64,000 nt of DNA, from assembly GCA_963674695.2 (NCBI GenBank), contig CAXXGI010000002.1:192001-256000 (forward strand), in the 5' to 3' direction. Source of the DNA: a bacterium (GTDB lineage Bacteria; UBA10199; 2-02-FULL-44-16; JAAZCA01). Made by a program: the position numbers and the translations under genes. This document shows, piece after piece, positions 19,878-30,366 of the stretch (position 1 is its first letter; every line of letters starts with the position of its first letter). Under the pieces are notes generated by a model, which saw only the letters and a list, made by a program, of their open reading frames with translations, ran no database searches and was not told the DNA's origin.

Positions 19878-22196
19878 CTAATGGCGTCTCTTTCTCCTCA
19901 CCGCAATCGCCACCACCGGCACGAGGATGAAGAGGAGGTTTGCTGCCGCCGTTGCGGGCGCGACGGGCAGGAGCGTGCTGCCACAGCTCGATGATGAGGA
20001 CCCACCACCGCCGCCGCCGCCATCCAGGTCGCTCTGCGAGAGATTGCCCGTGCCGTCCAGCACCGAGGTGTCCGCGCTCACCGTGGCGATGGCGGCGCTC
20101 GCATCCACCTTGCCATAGCCGCTGTCGTTGTCGGGCGATCCGGCCTGCGATGCGGTCGAGGTGAGCGCCTGCTTCGCCTCGGCCGCCGTGAGGCCGTGGT
20201 CCTTCTCCATCATGAGCGCCACGATACCGGCGACCAAGGGGCTGGCCATGCTCGTCCCCTGATTCTTGTAGTGCGTCGAGTCGACCGTCGTACCCGTGGC
20301 GGGGGTGTACCCCTGCGGTAGGACCGAGACGATCGCATCGCCCGGTGCGGTCACGTCCGGCTTGTAGCCGCTATAGGAATAGTTCGGAGGTCCACTGCTG
20401 GAAAACGGCGAGAGCACGCCTGCGGTCGTGCCGAAGACCGTTCCGGTCGTGTCGGTCGTCGGGTCGGTGGCGTCGTGCGTCGTTCCATTCGAATCGACCC
20501 AACAGCTGTTGCTCGTGCAGGTGCCGCGATCGGCGATCGAGAGATAGGAGCCGGCCGTGATTGCACCGGAGGCCGTTCCCGGTATCGAGACGACCTTGGC
20601 ATCATCGCCATCACCGAAGCTGTAGCCGTTGCCGTTGGTCGTGCCGTTTCCGACGTCGAATGCGCCCGTATCAATTCCCTTCATAAAGTTGATCAGATGG
20701 GGTGCCCCTCCCTCGATCCACATGTCACCCGTACAGGTTGTGCCGCCGCTCGCGCGCACGATGACGTCGAGGAAGTAGCCGTCTCCCGTGGCGGTCGTAT
20801 CGTAATAGATGCCCGCCCAGGTGCTACCGACCGGCGCATAGAGGAACATGGCGCGCGGTTTTCCGTTCTGGCTGTCGGCGGCGTCGGTCGCCGCAGAGAT
20901 TTGGACAACGCCGTCATCGTCGGTCGCACTCTGATCGCTCGTAAACGCAAGATTGCCGATGTTCACGCGCGCATCGTCGGTCGTCATGCCACCGGCGATC
21001 GCGGTCGCGATGTAGTAGGCCTTGGCGGTGATGGTGCAGTTGGTTGCCATCGAGGCCGAGTCGAACCAGGCATCGACGACCATCCGGCTGATGTCGGTTG
21101 AGGGATCGCTGCGCAGGTAGACGCGGTAGCCCTTGCTCGAACCGGAGGCGACCGAAAAACTGTCGTGGATACCACCGACAACACCGGTATCGCCGGGATA
21201 GAGCGCGGGCACCGTGTGTTCATTCCCCGCTGCGATGACTACCGCGCGGCCGTAGGCGACGCCGGTTGAGGAGTACTGTCCGGCCACGGCGTTGTTGATC
21301 CCCTGCTCGAGGAGCGAGGTGTTGTCGTGTGCGCCGATGTGCGTGCCCTGGCTGATGTTGACCACGGCCGGTTTGTTGATGATGTCGGCCTTTTGGAAAA
21401 TTTCGGAGACGCCGTCGAGCACGCCGGCCGAGAACGAGGCGCCGCTCTCGGAGAGATCGTCATAGAAATCGTTGCGCACGAACATGATGTCGGCCATCGG
21501 CGCCACGCCGATGTAGCTGGTGCCGCCGCCGTTGCCCGCGCCGATGCCGGTGACGTGCGTGCCGTGACCGACGGTCGAGTCGTTCGTTGCGGCGATCGAA
21601 CAGGAGCCGGCGTCGATATAGTCCTTGGCGCACTCGGTGGCGGTGAACGCCGTCGAGGAGCTGGCCGTCAGAAACCGCAGGTACTGCACGCGGGTCGTGC
21701 CATCGCCGTTCTTGAAGTCGTCGCGCGAGTAATCGAGCCCCGAATCGATCGCGCCGACGATGACGTTCGTGCCATCGTAGCTCGTCTGCACCGTCTCCAC
21801 GTTGCTGTTGAGCGAATCGCGCGCCTTGTCCATGAGCAGGCGCATCGGGGTCGAGGCCTCCATCGCCTCCACCTCATCGAGTGCCGCGATCGCCTCGAGC
21901 TCTGAAAGCGGCACAAAGGCCGTCATGATGTCGCCCAGGATCGAGCGCACGCTGCCGCCGCGCATATCGATCTCGGCGGAGGTCAGCGCAGGATCGGTCG
22001 ATTTGAGGATGATATCGACGAGCTCCTCATCGGCCAGCCCGCCGACCGATTTGCCCAACCACGCCTTGGCGGCGGTGGGCTCGCTCGCCATCAGCCGCAG
22101 CATCGGATCCATCTTCGAGGCCTGGGCGGTATGGGGAAGCAGGAGGGCGGCCACGAAGAGGGCCAAAATGGCAGTACGCAGGAGGATGGTCTTCAT
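19878..22196 (-). CDS. S8 subtilisin-like protease with C-terminal sorting signal
   Basis: Signal peptide; triad motifs IDSG, HGTHVTG, GTSMASP; AAGN. Tail GGGG-SSSSC-TM-RRKRRH resembles MYXO-CTERM/GlyGly-type signals. Confidence 0.92.
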   Translation of the reverse strand: MKTILLRTAILALFVAALLLPHTAQASKMDPMLRLMASEPTAAKAWLGKSVGGLADEELVDIILKSTDPALTSAEIDMRGGSVRSILGDIMTAFVPLSELEAIAALDEVEAMEASTPMRLLMDKARDSLNSNVETVQTSYDGTNVIVGAIDSGLDYSRDDFKNGDGTTRVQYLRFLTASSSTAFTATECAKDYIDAGSCSIAATNDSTVGHGTHVTGIGAGNGGGTSYIGVAPMADIMFVRNDFYDDLSESGASFSAGVLDGVSEIFQKADIINKPAVVNISQGTHIGAHDNTSLLEQGINNAVAGQYSSTGVAYGRAVVIAAGNEHTVPALYPGDTGVVGGIHDSFSVASGSSKGYRVYLRSDPSTDISRMVVDAWFDSASMATNCTITAKAYYIATAIAGGMTTDDARVNIGNLAFTSDQSATDDDGVVQISAATDAADSQNGKPRAMFLYAPVGSTWAGIYYDTTATGDGYFLDVIVRASGGTTCTGDMWIEGGAPHLINFMKGIDTGAFDVGNGTTNGNGYSFGDGDDAKVVSIPGTASGAITAGSYLSIADRGTCTSNSCWVDSNGTTHDATDPTTDTTGTVFGTTAGVLSPFSSSGPPNYSYSGYKPDVTAPGDAIVSVLPQGYTPATGTTVDSTHYKNQGTSMASPLVAGIVALMMEKDHGLTAAEAKQALTSTASQAGSPDNDSGYGKVDASAAIATVSADTSVLDGTGNLSQSDLDGGGGGGGSSSSSCGSTLLPVAPATAAANLLFILVPVVAIAVRRKRRH

Positions 22197-22312
22197 TGTA
22201 GAGGCTCCTTGTGTGAACGACGGGGAAAAAGCGCAAAGAAGAAACGGCATCTCCCCCCAGAAGTCAACGATTCTCGCTGCTTCTGTAGTGCCTGCCGAGA
22301 AAATGATTTTGT

Positions 22313-22340
22313 TGTCATTCCCGCGTTCGCGGGAATGACA
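22313..22340. repeat. Minimal REP-like hairpin
   Basis: tgtcattcccgcgttcgcgggaatgaca. Confidence 0.8.
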
Positions 22341-22542
22341 AAAGTCAGTACAGTCAGTTTCCCGGCAGGTCCTATTGTAGCAGTTCCGGTCAAAATCGGC
22401 CGGATTTGCTCATCGGACCGGTACGGGCCCTCCCCAGGGCATATAATGCGGAGTTATTTCAATGTGTTGATACGCCTCTGGAGCATGCTCCATATTGTTG
22501 CCGATATCGTGGAGGGATGGCTTCGATATGATCCGATGGGAG

Positions 22543-22929
22543 TCACTTGAACTGCAGCGGTACGGCCAGTTCCATGGCCTGCACGAAGGGGAGTTCGGCC
22601 ACGCTCTGCAGGTGCGCGGCCGTCACCGAGCCGGTGACGATGTCGCCGATCACGCTGCGCCGTTCGTAGCCGGCGCCCTTGAGCAGCGCCTCTTCGTCGG
22701 CACTCATGCGGTGCGTGGTCTTGAGCATGCACTCGAAGCGGCGAGCGCCATCCTTTTTCTCCACCGCCTCGCGATAGGCCTCGCGCGCGCGCAGGTCCAT
22801 CTTGTCCCAGGCTTGCGTCCCCTCGAAGAGCTTTGGGGGTGCGACTTTCTTCGACATGGCCTGCGCCGGTGGGAGTGCGGCGAGTGCGGTGATGACCAGC
22901 GCTATCATAATGATGGGGAGGTGTCTCAT
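22543..22929 (-). CDS. Secreted stand-alone homologue of the S8 propeptide
   Basis: Signal peptide. RSVIGDIVTGSV...VAELPFVQAMELAVPL aligns with the neighbouring protease's RSILGDIMTAFV...IAALDEVEAMEASTPM. Confidence 0.7.
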   Translation of the reverse strand: MRHLPIIMIALVITALAALPPAQAMSKKVAPPKLFEGTQAWDKMDLRAREAYREAVEKKDGARRFECMLKTTHRMSADEEALLKGAGYERRSVIGDIVTGSVTAAHLQSVAELPFVQAMELAVPLQFK

Positions 22930-22997
22930 GCGCGCATGATGCGCAAAAAAAAGAATGGGGTCAAGCTTCGACCCCATCTCCTTTCTGTGCGCTTGGG

Positions 22998-24107
22998 TCA
23001 TCTCCAACTGAAGTCACGTTTTTCGCGTTTCTTGCAATCGTCATCATGGCTCGTCCATCCCTTCACGCCATGGCTGCAGGTATAGGTGCTTTTTGTGCCG
23101 CCTGAACCGCTTTCATCCATCCCACAGGAGTAGCGTTCGCTCCACGTGACCCGGCAGTGATTCTTCTTGAAGTAACGCCTTCCGGTCTTGTTGTGTCCGA
23201 TTTCGCCCAGCATCTTGTCGGCCATTTCGGCGCGGATGCGCGCATTTCCCAGCTCGTCGTTCGTGCCGCCATAGAAGCGATAGCTGCGATAGCGATCCAT
23301 AATCGCCATGATGTCGTCGGGATGGACCCAGATCTTCCAGTCCTCATCCATGGCATATTTGTGGTAGCTCTCCACCTCTTTCCAGGTCGATTCCGATGTC
23401 TTCTGATACGCCGCGATCTGGTCCTGCTTTTTCTTCTCCACGGCTTCGCGCTCCGTGCGCTCCTTTTCCAGGCGATCGGTCTCCTGTTTTTTCGCTACGG
23501 CGATGTCGTAGGATTTCTCTTCGTTTGCCATGCGTTTTTCCACCGCATCGATCAGACGCATGCCCGTCGATGACGAGCAGGCCTCGATCGATCCCTTCTT
23601 TGCCGCACAGCTATAGAGCTGATAGGCCCCCTCGCTCAGGATAGCGTCGTAGGGCGATCGATTCGGTTTGCGCGAAGGATCGGCCGTCGGCACTGCCTCG
23701 GCCCAACCCGCGGCGAGTGCGCCCTGCACGTCGAGATCTATGCGGAGATAGTCCTCCAGCTCATCCGCGCCGAAGATGCCGCCGAAAAAAAGCGGGGCAA
23801 TGCCTCTGGGTAGGCGCGACCGGAAGCCGCTCTCGTTGTTGGAGAGGTGTCCACCGCTGCGCATATGGAGCGTGGTCTGATGTGTGCGACCATCGTAGCC
23901 GGCCCAGTTCTGGCGCAGGAGGATGTCGCCGTCGCCTCGAAACAGCCCCCGGTCGAAGGTGAGTGTGCGCGGGATTGTTCCCGGCGCATACGCCTTTGCA
24001 AAGGTATCGTGTACGGTGGCGGTCTGTTCGGCGTCGACGCCCGGGAGCTGCTCGAGCACCTTGAGATAGAGCGGCAGGTTGATCGTGCGTGTGTTGACGG
24101 ATCCCAT
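22998..24107 (-). CDS. Orphan protein, no signal peptide, Cys-containing C-terminus
   Basis: 369 aa; GGAGG RBS; starts MGSV; coiled-coil middle. Confidence 0.7.
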   Translation of the reverse strand: MGSVNTRTINLPLYLKVLEQLPGVDAEQTATVHDTFAKAYAPGTIPRTLTFDRGLFRGDGDILLRQNWAGYDGRTHQTTLHMRSGGHLSNNESGFRSRLPRGIAPLFFGGIFGADELEDYLRIDLDVQGALAAGWAEAVPTADPSRKPNRSPYDAILSEGAYQLYSCAAKKGSIEACSSSTGMRLIDAVEKRMANEEKSYDIAVAKKQETDRLEKERTEREAVEKKKQDQIAAYQKTSESTWKEVESYHKYAMDEDWKIWVHPDDIMAIMDRYRSYRFYGGTNDELGNARIRAEMADKMLGEIGHNKTGRRYFKKNHCRVTWSERYSCGMDESGSGGTKSTYTCSHGVKGWTSHDDDCKKREKRDFSWR

Positions 24108-24152
24108 AGTTCCCTCCTCCTTCGGTTGTCCCCAAATGATGCCTCCTCTCTA

Positions 24153-24168
24153 AGCAAGGAGCGTGCCA
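24153..24168 (-). promoter_or_regulatory. Sigma54 (-24/-12) promoter
   Basis: TGGCACGCTCCTTGCT on the minus strand matches TGGCAC-N5-TTGC, ~45 bp upstream of the 24107 start. Confidence 0.75.
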
Positions 24169-24336
24169 TCTTTGTGCGAGAAGGGGAGGAAGATGCAGAA
24201 GGTTGAAATGACGGGGTTTTCAGCTCTGGCGATGATTTGCCGCGAATCGGCATGGTGTCGTTTTGTGGGAGAGGGGTGTTCCAATTGTTGAAAAACGTGG
24301 GTTTCGTGGGAGTGGATGCCAACGCTGAACACATAC

Positions 24337-24366
24337 AAAAAAACCGGTGCTCGTGTGAGCACCGGT
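24337..24366 (-). terminator. Intrinsic terminator after the lipoprotein gene
   Basis: ccggtgctc/gagcaccgg stem plus a U tract on the minus strand. Confidence 0.7.
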
Positions 24367-24394
24367 CGTGAGAGAGCCCCCCTTAAGGGCCGGT

Positions 24395-27091
24395 TTAGGT
24401 CGTTTCTTCGTCGTCGGTCGGCGTTTCATCCTCTTCCGCGACATCTTCTTCAGCTGGTTCATCGGCGGGCGCATCCTCGTCGCTTCCCACTTCGATGACG
24501 CCGGCGATATCCACGACGACGTCACCGCCGATGGCACCCTTGGCGGTTCCGACGGCGACCACATGCTGCACCGCATTCGCTTCCGCCTTTACGGTGGAGG
24601 TGAGGTTCAGCGCCTGCACTTTGCCGAGGCTTCCGCCCGTGCCGTTGTCCAAGCCGACCCATGCGCCGCCCGCATCGATGCCGCGCAGAATCGCAACGCC
24701 ATCATCCGTGCCGGCCACGAGCACGCCGCCGCCCGCGCTGTAGGGATCGACGCCGAGGGCGAAGACCGGTGCGCCGAGTGAACCGACCGCCGCAAAGGAG
24801 CAGGAGTCAACACTCGTCACATAGACACCGTCGGCGGTTCCGGCATAGACCTTCTTCGCCTGGAGATCATAGTTGATGGTATAGACGTCCGTATCCTTCA
24901 GCCCGCATTCGCTCCAGGTGGCACCCTTGTCGGAACTGACGAAGACGCCGCCCTCTGCCGTGCCATAGCCGTGTGCCGCTGCGGCGAAGACCTTGTTCGC
25001 CGATGCGACATATTCCAGATCGTTCACCAGCCGCCCGTACATCATATAGGCCGCTCCCGCGTCGCGCGTCTGACCCTTCGGCGGGATGTTCTGCCAGGGA
25101 TTCTCTTCGGGCTTACTCATATGGGCATCGGCAGACGGCAGCATGAAGGCGCCGTTGTCGATAGCGGCGATAAGCCGGCCGTCGTCGAAGGTAAGGATAT
25201 CGCAGACGCCCATCATCGAGACGAGCTTCCAGTCCTTTCCGGAATACTTCGTGCCATGTTGGACTTCACCGCGACAGGTGTTGTGCGAGCCGGAATAAGG
25301 ATGATCCTTGTTGGCGCGAATCGGAAATGACTCGAAGAGTGACCAGCTTGCGCCGTCATCGGAATACATAATCGCGCCTGCCGTTCCCATGTATGTGCGA
25401 TCGCTTTTGTCTGCGGCGATGGCACTCACCGGATAGCTCATCTTCTCGAGAAACGTGCCGTTGATATAACCGGCAAGATTGCGGTGCGCAAGCATAGCCG
25501 GACCGAAGGCGACCTGATGCATCTGATCGCTTTCAAGGTGGACGCTGTCCGACTGAAAGAGCAATGCGGTTCCATCGCTGTAGCCGCCGCGCTGAACGCC
25601 ATAGAGCAGGAGATTTCCCTGAGAGGCGGCGGCCGGTTCGATGCGCGTGATCGGAAGCGAAGCGCCGCCGTTCGGATCGCGCAGGACCTTCGGCGTGCTC
25701 GCGAGTGCCTGTACGGCGAGCACGCTCTGGTCGACGTCGGTTCCCTCAGTGCGCCATTTGACCTGCACGCCCGTCTTGCGCGGCACGCGCACCTTCTTGC
25801 GAATGGTCGTCTCGCCACCGAAGCCGGAGAGTACGACCTGTCCGCTATCCTGGCCCGCGTCCGAGATGACGATCTTGGTGATCACCTGCGGGTTGTTGAG
25901 CGCCTGAAGCTCTACTGTGACCTCTTCACCCGCAAAGGCCCAGCCATCGGAAACGATCTTGATGCCGGCCGCGCCCGCGTTCTGCTGCGTGATGGTGGCC
26001 ACCGCCGTGTCGCTGGCTTCACCCAGGCTCGCGATGAGCGTGAAGGTGGTCAGCTTCCCCTGCGGATAACAGTTTTCGATGCGCTGCAGTGCGCCGGTCG
26101 AAGCGATCGGACTCTCGTCGGTGGGCAACACACAGCCCTGCACGTCGCCGTCGACGTCGATGACGATCTGCGCATCCGCTGGCGTGACCATGAACTGCAG
26201 CGTCACGGCCGTGTCGTTGTTGAGAACGATCGGTTTGTCCACGGTGAAGCTCTCGACTTCGAGTGTGATGCGCGCGACGTCGATGACCAGATCGACGCTC
26301 TTGGTGTTGGTGGGATCACTCTGATCGGTCACGGTGATCGTGTAGGTCGTGCGGCCATCCGGTGCGACGGTGGCACATCCCATCGGCGGGATGTTGCCCA
26401 CCTCGCCCGCGGCGAGAATGGCGGCGGTATCTCCGTCGCACTGATCGGTTCCAGCAATCGGTTCATCGGTGTCAGCGACGATGGCGATGTCCACGCCTTC
26501 GGTCGGCGTCACACTCCAGCGCAGGACGGTCTGGCTCTGTCCGGCGGTGAGTTCCGTGGCATCCGCGCCAAACTCCACCGCGATATCGGCCGACTGAATG
26601 ACGGTGACGGTGATCGTCTGCGAGACCGACGAAAGTCCCGCGTCCGGCGTGAGCGCGCCTTCGGGAATCTCTTCGCCCTCGTCTTCTCCTTCGAGCGCGA
26701 GCGCGGCCGATTCGAGTTCGACCTCGCCGCCTTCCTCAGCGCTGGCGACCGAAGCGGTCAAGATAAAGTCGGTGGTAGCGGAAAGTCCCGCCGCCTCCGC
26801 GCTTCCCGAGAGCTCGCTTGTGTCGATATGGAAGTCGACCGGGTCGCCCTGCGAGATCGCGATGATCTCCACGCGATCGGCGCCAGCCACCTCCCAGGTG
26901 ATCGTAGTCGATCCGCCCGCATTGACCTCGGCGGGATCCGCCTGAAAGGTCATGATGATGGGCGAGGCGGGCACGACATCCAGGTTCATGCCGCCGAGCG
27001 TGATTTGCCCGTCGTCGCATCCGGCGATGACGAGTACGGCGATGACCCCTATGGCCAGCCGCGTTGCTGTGGTGAAGATCGTCTGTTTCAT
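24395..27091 (-). CDS. Large lipoprotein with Ig-like repeats and a BNR-type beta-propeller
   Basis: Lipobox VIAGC; repeated T(I/L)xWxV modules; Asp-box motifs YSDDGASW and SSDKGATW; acidic tail. Confidence 0.7.
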   Translation of the reverse strand: MKQTIFTTATRLAIGVIAVLVIAGCDDGQITLGGMNLDVVPASPIIMTFQADPAEVNAGGSTTITWEVAGADRVEIIAISQGDPVDFHIDTSELSGSAEAAGLSATTDFILTASVASAEEGGEVELESAALALEGEDEGEEIPEGALTPDAGLSSVSQTITVTVIQSADIAVEFGADATELTAGQSQTVLRWSVTPTEGVDIAIVADTDEPIAGTDQCDGDTAAILAAGEVGNIPPMGCATVAPDGRTTYTITVTDQSDPTNTKSVDLVIDVARITLEVESFTVDKPIVLNNDTAVTLQFMVTPADAQIVIDVDGDVQGCVLPTDESPIASTGALQRIENCYPQGKLTTFTLIASLGEASDTAVATITQQNAGAAGIKIVSDGWAFAGEEVTVELQALNNPQVITKIVISDAGQDSGQVVLSGFGGETTIRKKVRVPRKTGVQVKWRTEGTDVDQSVLAVQALASTPKVLRDPNGGASLPITRIEPAAASQGNLLLYGVQRGGYSDGTALLFQSDSVHLESDQMHQVAFGPAMLAHRNLAGYINGTFLEKMSYPVSAIAADKSDRTYMGTAGAIMYSDDGASWSLFESFPIRANKDHPYSGSHNTCRGEVQHGTKYSGKDWKLVSMMGVCDILTFDDGRLIAAIDNGAFMLPSADAHMSKPEENPWQNIPPKGQTRDAGAAYMMYGRLVNDLEYVASANKVFAAAAHGYGTAEGGVFVSSDKGATWSECGLKDTDVYTINYDLQAKKVYAGTADGVYVTSVDSCSFAAVGSLGAPVFALGVDPYSAGGGVLVAGTDDGVAILRGIDAGGAWVGLDNGTGGSLGKVQALNLTSTVKAEANAVQHVVAVGTAKGAIGGDVVVDIAGVIEVGSDEDAPADEPAEEDVAEEDETPTDDEETT

Positions 27092-27165
27092 ATCCCTAAC
27101 CCCTTGGTTTGTGTTGCATCCACTTTAAGCTCAAGTCCCCGAGAAGGACTCAAGCTATTCATTTA

Positions 27166-30100
27166 TCAATACTTGTAGCCGACATTCATCATGCCGCCGT
27201 ATCCCAAACGGAATTCATCCTGTCCCGTGCCCATGAGGAAGAGCTGGGGATTGAGGCAGAAGCCATTTTCCTTGTCCGTGTTATCGACATCGCCGAAAAT
27301 CATCGGAAAGGCAATGAGCCCCATGATAGCTCGATTTCCAAGCAGATAGGTGTAGTCACCGGTTCCAGGAGAGGTGTCGCCAAGGGTTGATGGTCCAACG
27401 GCTCCATCACCCTTCTGCTCAACGCCGCCGCTTACACCCGCGCCGGCGAGAACACCGTAGAAGCTCGCCTTGAACTTTTTGTTCTTTCCCGTGATCGGAT
27501 TGGTCGTGCCACCATAGAGCGGTGCATCGAAACGAAGTGCGGCCAGGTGCTGCGTGAGGTCGACACCGCTGTAGTTGTACATGAGGTTCATTCGATACTG
27601 GGCCCCCACGCCGAACTCGGTTGGGCTGTCCTTAAAGGATGCGCCGAAACCGAAACTGAACGCACTCATATTGTCCTTTGGACCGTTGAGGATCTGCGCA
27701 CCGCCGAATTCGCTGCCCAGCGTCCACTCCTTGGCCTTGTCCGGATGTCCCGAAATATAGACCGAGCCTTGAATGGTGTCGGCATCTCCACCGCTGGCGA
27801 CATCTTCATACTTTCCGCTTCCATCGTCCTTCTTTGGTGGTTGGAAGTTGATGCCGCCTGAGTCGCGCGCATAGACGGCGCTGCCGCCGAGCGTGAGGTG
27901 CTCATCGAGCAGCGAGAACGTGATATCACCACGTATACCCAGGCCACCGCCAAGGACGGCTTTGTCCTGCCAGAACGAGCTTCCCAAGGCCATATCGATA
28001 CCGCCCGGCGTCGGATCGAGGATACCACCGGTAATCGCGATCTCAGCCTTATTCGTCTTGTTGAATTCCGGCCTGAAGATGAGTGTGGGATGCAGGGCAT
28101 TTACATTAGCATAGGTGCCGCCGCGTTCTCCGCCTGCGCCATAGACGAGGCTTTTGTCGTCGCCCGGTTTGTCGAACATCGGCATGCTGTCGCCTGCTCC
28201 AGCACCAAAGCGCAGTTGGAGTTCAAACCACTTCGCGCTCGGTGGATTCCAGTTCATTCCCAAGGTTCCGCCGAATTTTGCTTGAAAATGATCAGTGCTG
28301 CCATGGACCGTAGCGGTTCCAAGGTTGCCATTCAGATCGAGGTAGAACTGGACCTGATTCAGCTTTCCATAGGCTTGCTTCGGCGCTCTGGTACGCGTCG
28401 AGTCATACACCACCTCGGTGACCTTATGTTCGTCGTCGAGGGCGACTTCTTCGGTGTAGCTGAGAAACTTGTATGCACCGATGGCGACGTTGTAGCGGCC
28501 GCCCTTTGTGCGGCTGTTGGATAGGACGAATGCAGCGGCCTTGTTCGAAATGCCCTGGGCCAGCTTCGTCCGGCGCTTGGCGTATTTACTGCCGTCGCCC
28601 AGGAAATAATCATGGTCTTCATCGAGGGCTTGCTCGTAGAGCTCGCGCAGTTTCGAGCACAAGGCCAGCTGGGCCATGTTCGTTCCCCCGTCGATATCGA
28701 CGAGTCGACGAACGACGGTGTTCGACAGCAGCGCTGACTCGGGGGCGTATTCGATCGTGACCTTGCCCTTGTCGAGGTCGACATCCTGGACCATCGCCAG
28801 GGCGATCATGTGCGTGGGGACCTTGCCCGTTACCTGTGCCGCGATCGACTGGGCCAGATCGTTGCGCAGCTCGATGTCCTCCTCTTCCTCTTCATTGGTC
28901 AGGGCGTATTCCAGGTTTTCGCCGAGTTCTTCGCGGACGAAGTCGATCGTCCGATCCCAGAGATCGCCGATGGCCAGGGCGCGCAGTTCGGAATCCTGAC
29001 CGCCGCCGCGGATGGCGTCGAAGAGGACCGGCGGATAGCCGGCCAGACGCTCCGGAACTTCAAAGGTGCCCGCGACACCGCCGAGCGAGACGGCGGTAAG
29101 CTTTTTCCCTTCAAGCACCGCGCTGGCCTTGGCGCCGCGCAGCATGGCGAGCAACAGGTCGTGCTCGTCGGCATCATCGTCTGCTGCATCGAGCTTTTCC
29201 GCGAATGCCGTGTTGACGGCAGCCGCGAGTTTCTTGGCGAGCTTCTTCTCGATCTTCTTGGGCTTCCCTTTCTGATCGCGGAAACTCTGAAGCGCCTCAA
29301 TGAAGAGGCGGCGCAGCTCACCGACGATTTTACCGCCAAGGGCGTCGGTGGTCGTGAGTCCCAAGGCTTCGGGTTCTAAGAGTGCATCGGGAATCTGCTT
29401 GAAGCCGATCCGGTAAGCGCCGGACTCGCGGTCGACATCATCCACGTAGGCCTTGCGGACTTCCGGCAGATCCTCGAGCCAGTAGCAGGTGATTTGCCCC
29501 TCGACGCAGTCTTCGTCCTCTTCATCATCGCAGGTACCGCAAAACTCGCGGTGCTTCGCGATCATCTCTTCATCGACCAACTGATCGCCGATCGCTTCGA
29601 AGGCCATGAGCTGTTCCTGCAGCGGGAGTTTTCCCATCGCCTCGAAGAAGATGCGGGCCAGCTCTTCGGCCAGGGCTTGATCCTTCTTGTCACCATTGGC
29701 CAGTTCATCAATCTTGGCGCTGAGCTTCTCCGGAAAGGGGATGCCGCTACGCAGCGCCAACATCAGACGCATGAGGTCCATGTCGTTGCGCGGGGCATCG
29801 TCGCACTCGGGGCAGGAGTCCGGCATCTCGCTCACCTTCTGGGCCATCGCGGTCATATACTGCGCCCAGGTGCGCGTCTGACCATCCGGAAGTGTGATCA
29901 TCTGCGGCGCGGCCTGGACGGTGTTTCCGTTTGAGAGTGCCACATCCACTTCAGCACCCGTGACCGTGGCCTGAAAACAGGCGGCGCGATAGGCGGGGGC
30001 ATCGATGTCGACATCGTCGGCCGCAATGGTCGGCACCACGTCCTGGCTGAAGCGCACGCCACAGCCCTCGTAGGCCATGACCGCGGCCGCCATGAAATAG

Positions 30101-30294
30101 CTGACGCCGAAGGTGGCCTGCTGCTTCTCGCTCATGCCGGTTGTGACCGATTCAAAATTTGACGTCGTCGGATCGAAACAGGCGTTGACTTGCTCGTCAT
30201 CGATGATGCCATCCTGGCATCCCAGGCCCTTGGTGACGGACATGACTTTGTCGGTCAACTCGCGATTCAGCTTAATCTCTCCAGCGCCGATCAT
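27166..30294 (-). CDS. Orphan: acidic helical N-terminal region plus C-terminal beta-barrel, no signal peptide
   Basis: ATG 30294 after AAGGAGG. C-terminal ~400 aa of Gly/aromatic strands ending VGYKY, collinear with the C-terminus of 61751-63397. Confidence 0.7.
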   Translation of the reverse strand: MIGAGEIKLNRELTDKVMSVTKGLGCQDGIIDDEQVNACFDPTTSNFESVTTGMSEKQQATFGVSYFMAAAVMAYEGCGVRFSQDVVPTIAADDVDIDAPAYRAACFQATVTGAEVDVALSNGNTVQAAPQMITLPDGQTRTWAQYMTAMAQKVSEMPDSCPECDDAPRNDMDLMRLMLALRSGIPFPEKLSAKIDELANGDKKDQALAEELARIFFEAMGKLPLQEQLMAFEAIGDQLVDEEMIAKHREFCGTCDDEEDEDCVEGQITCYWLEDLPEVRKAYVDDVDRESGAYRIGFKQIPDALLEPEALGLTTTDALGGKIVGELRRLFIEALQSFRDQKGKPKKIEKKLAKKLAAAVNTAFAEKLDAADDDADEHDLLLAMLRGAKASAVLEGKKLTAVSLGGVAGTFEVPERLAGYPPVLFDAIRGGGQDSELRALAIGDLWDRTIDFVREELGENLEYALTNEEEEEDIELRNDLAQSIAAQVTGKVPTHMIALAMVQDVDLDKGKVTIEYAPESALLSNTVVRRLVDIDGGTNMAQLALCSKLRELYEQALDEDHDYFLGDGSKYAKRRTKLAQGISNKAAAFVLSNSRTKGGRYNVAIGAYKFLSYTEEVALDDEHKVTEVVYDSTRTRAPKQAYGKLNQVQFYLDLNGNLGTATVHGSTDHFQAKFGGTLGMNWNPPSAKWFELQLRFGAGAGDSMPMFDKPGDDKSLVYGAGGERGGTYANVNALHPTLIFRPEFNKTNKAEIAITGGILDPTPGGIDMALGSSFWQDKAVLGGGLGIRGDITFSLLDEHLTLGGSAVYARDSGGINFQPPKKDDGSGKYEDVASGGDADTIQGSVYISGHPDKAKEWTLGSEFGGAQILNGPKDNMSAFSFGFGASFKDSPTEFGVGAQYRMNLMYNYSGVDLTQHLAALRFDAPLYGGTTNPITGKNKKFKASFYGVLAGAGVSGGVEQKGDGAVGPSTLGDTSPGTGDYTYLLGNRAIMGLIAFPMIFGDVDNTDKENGFCLNPQLFLMGTGQDEFRLGYGGMMNVGYKY

Positions 30295-30366
30295 AATGCC
30301 TCCTTCAAGAGGTGTGAGTGCGTCTATCGTTTCGCTCAAACAACAATCGCCGTCATGGCGATCTCA

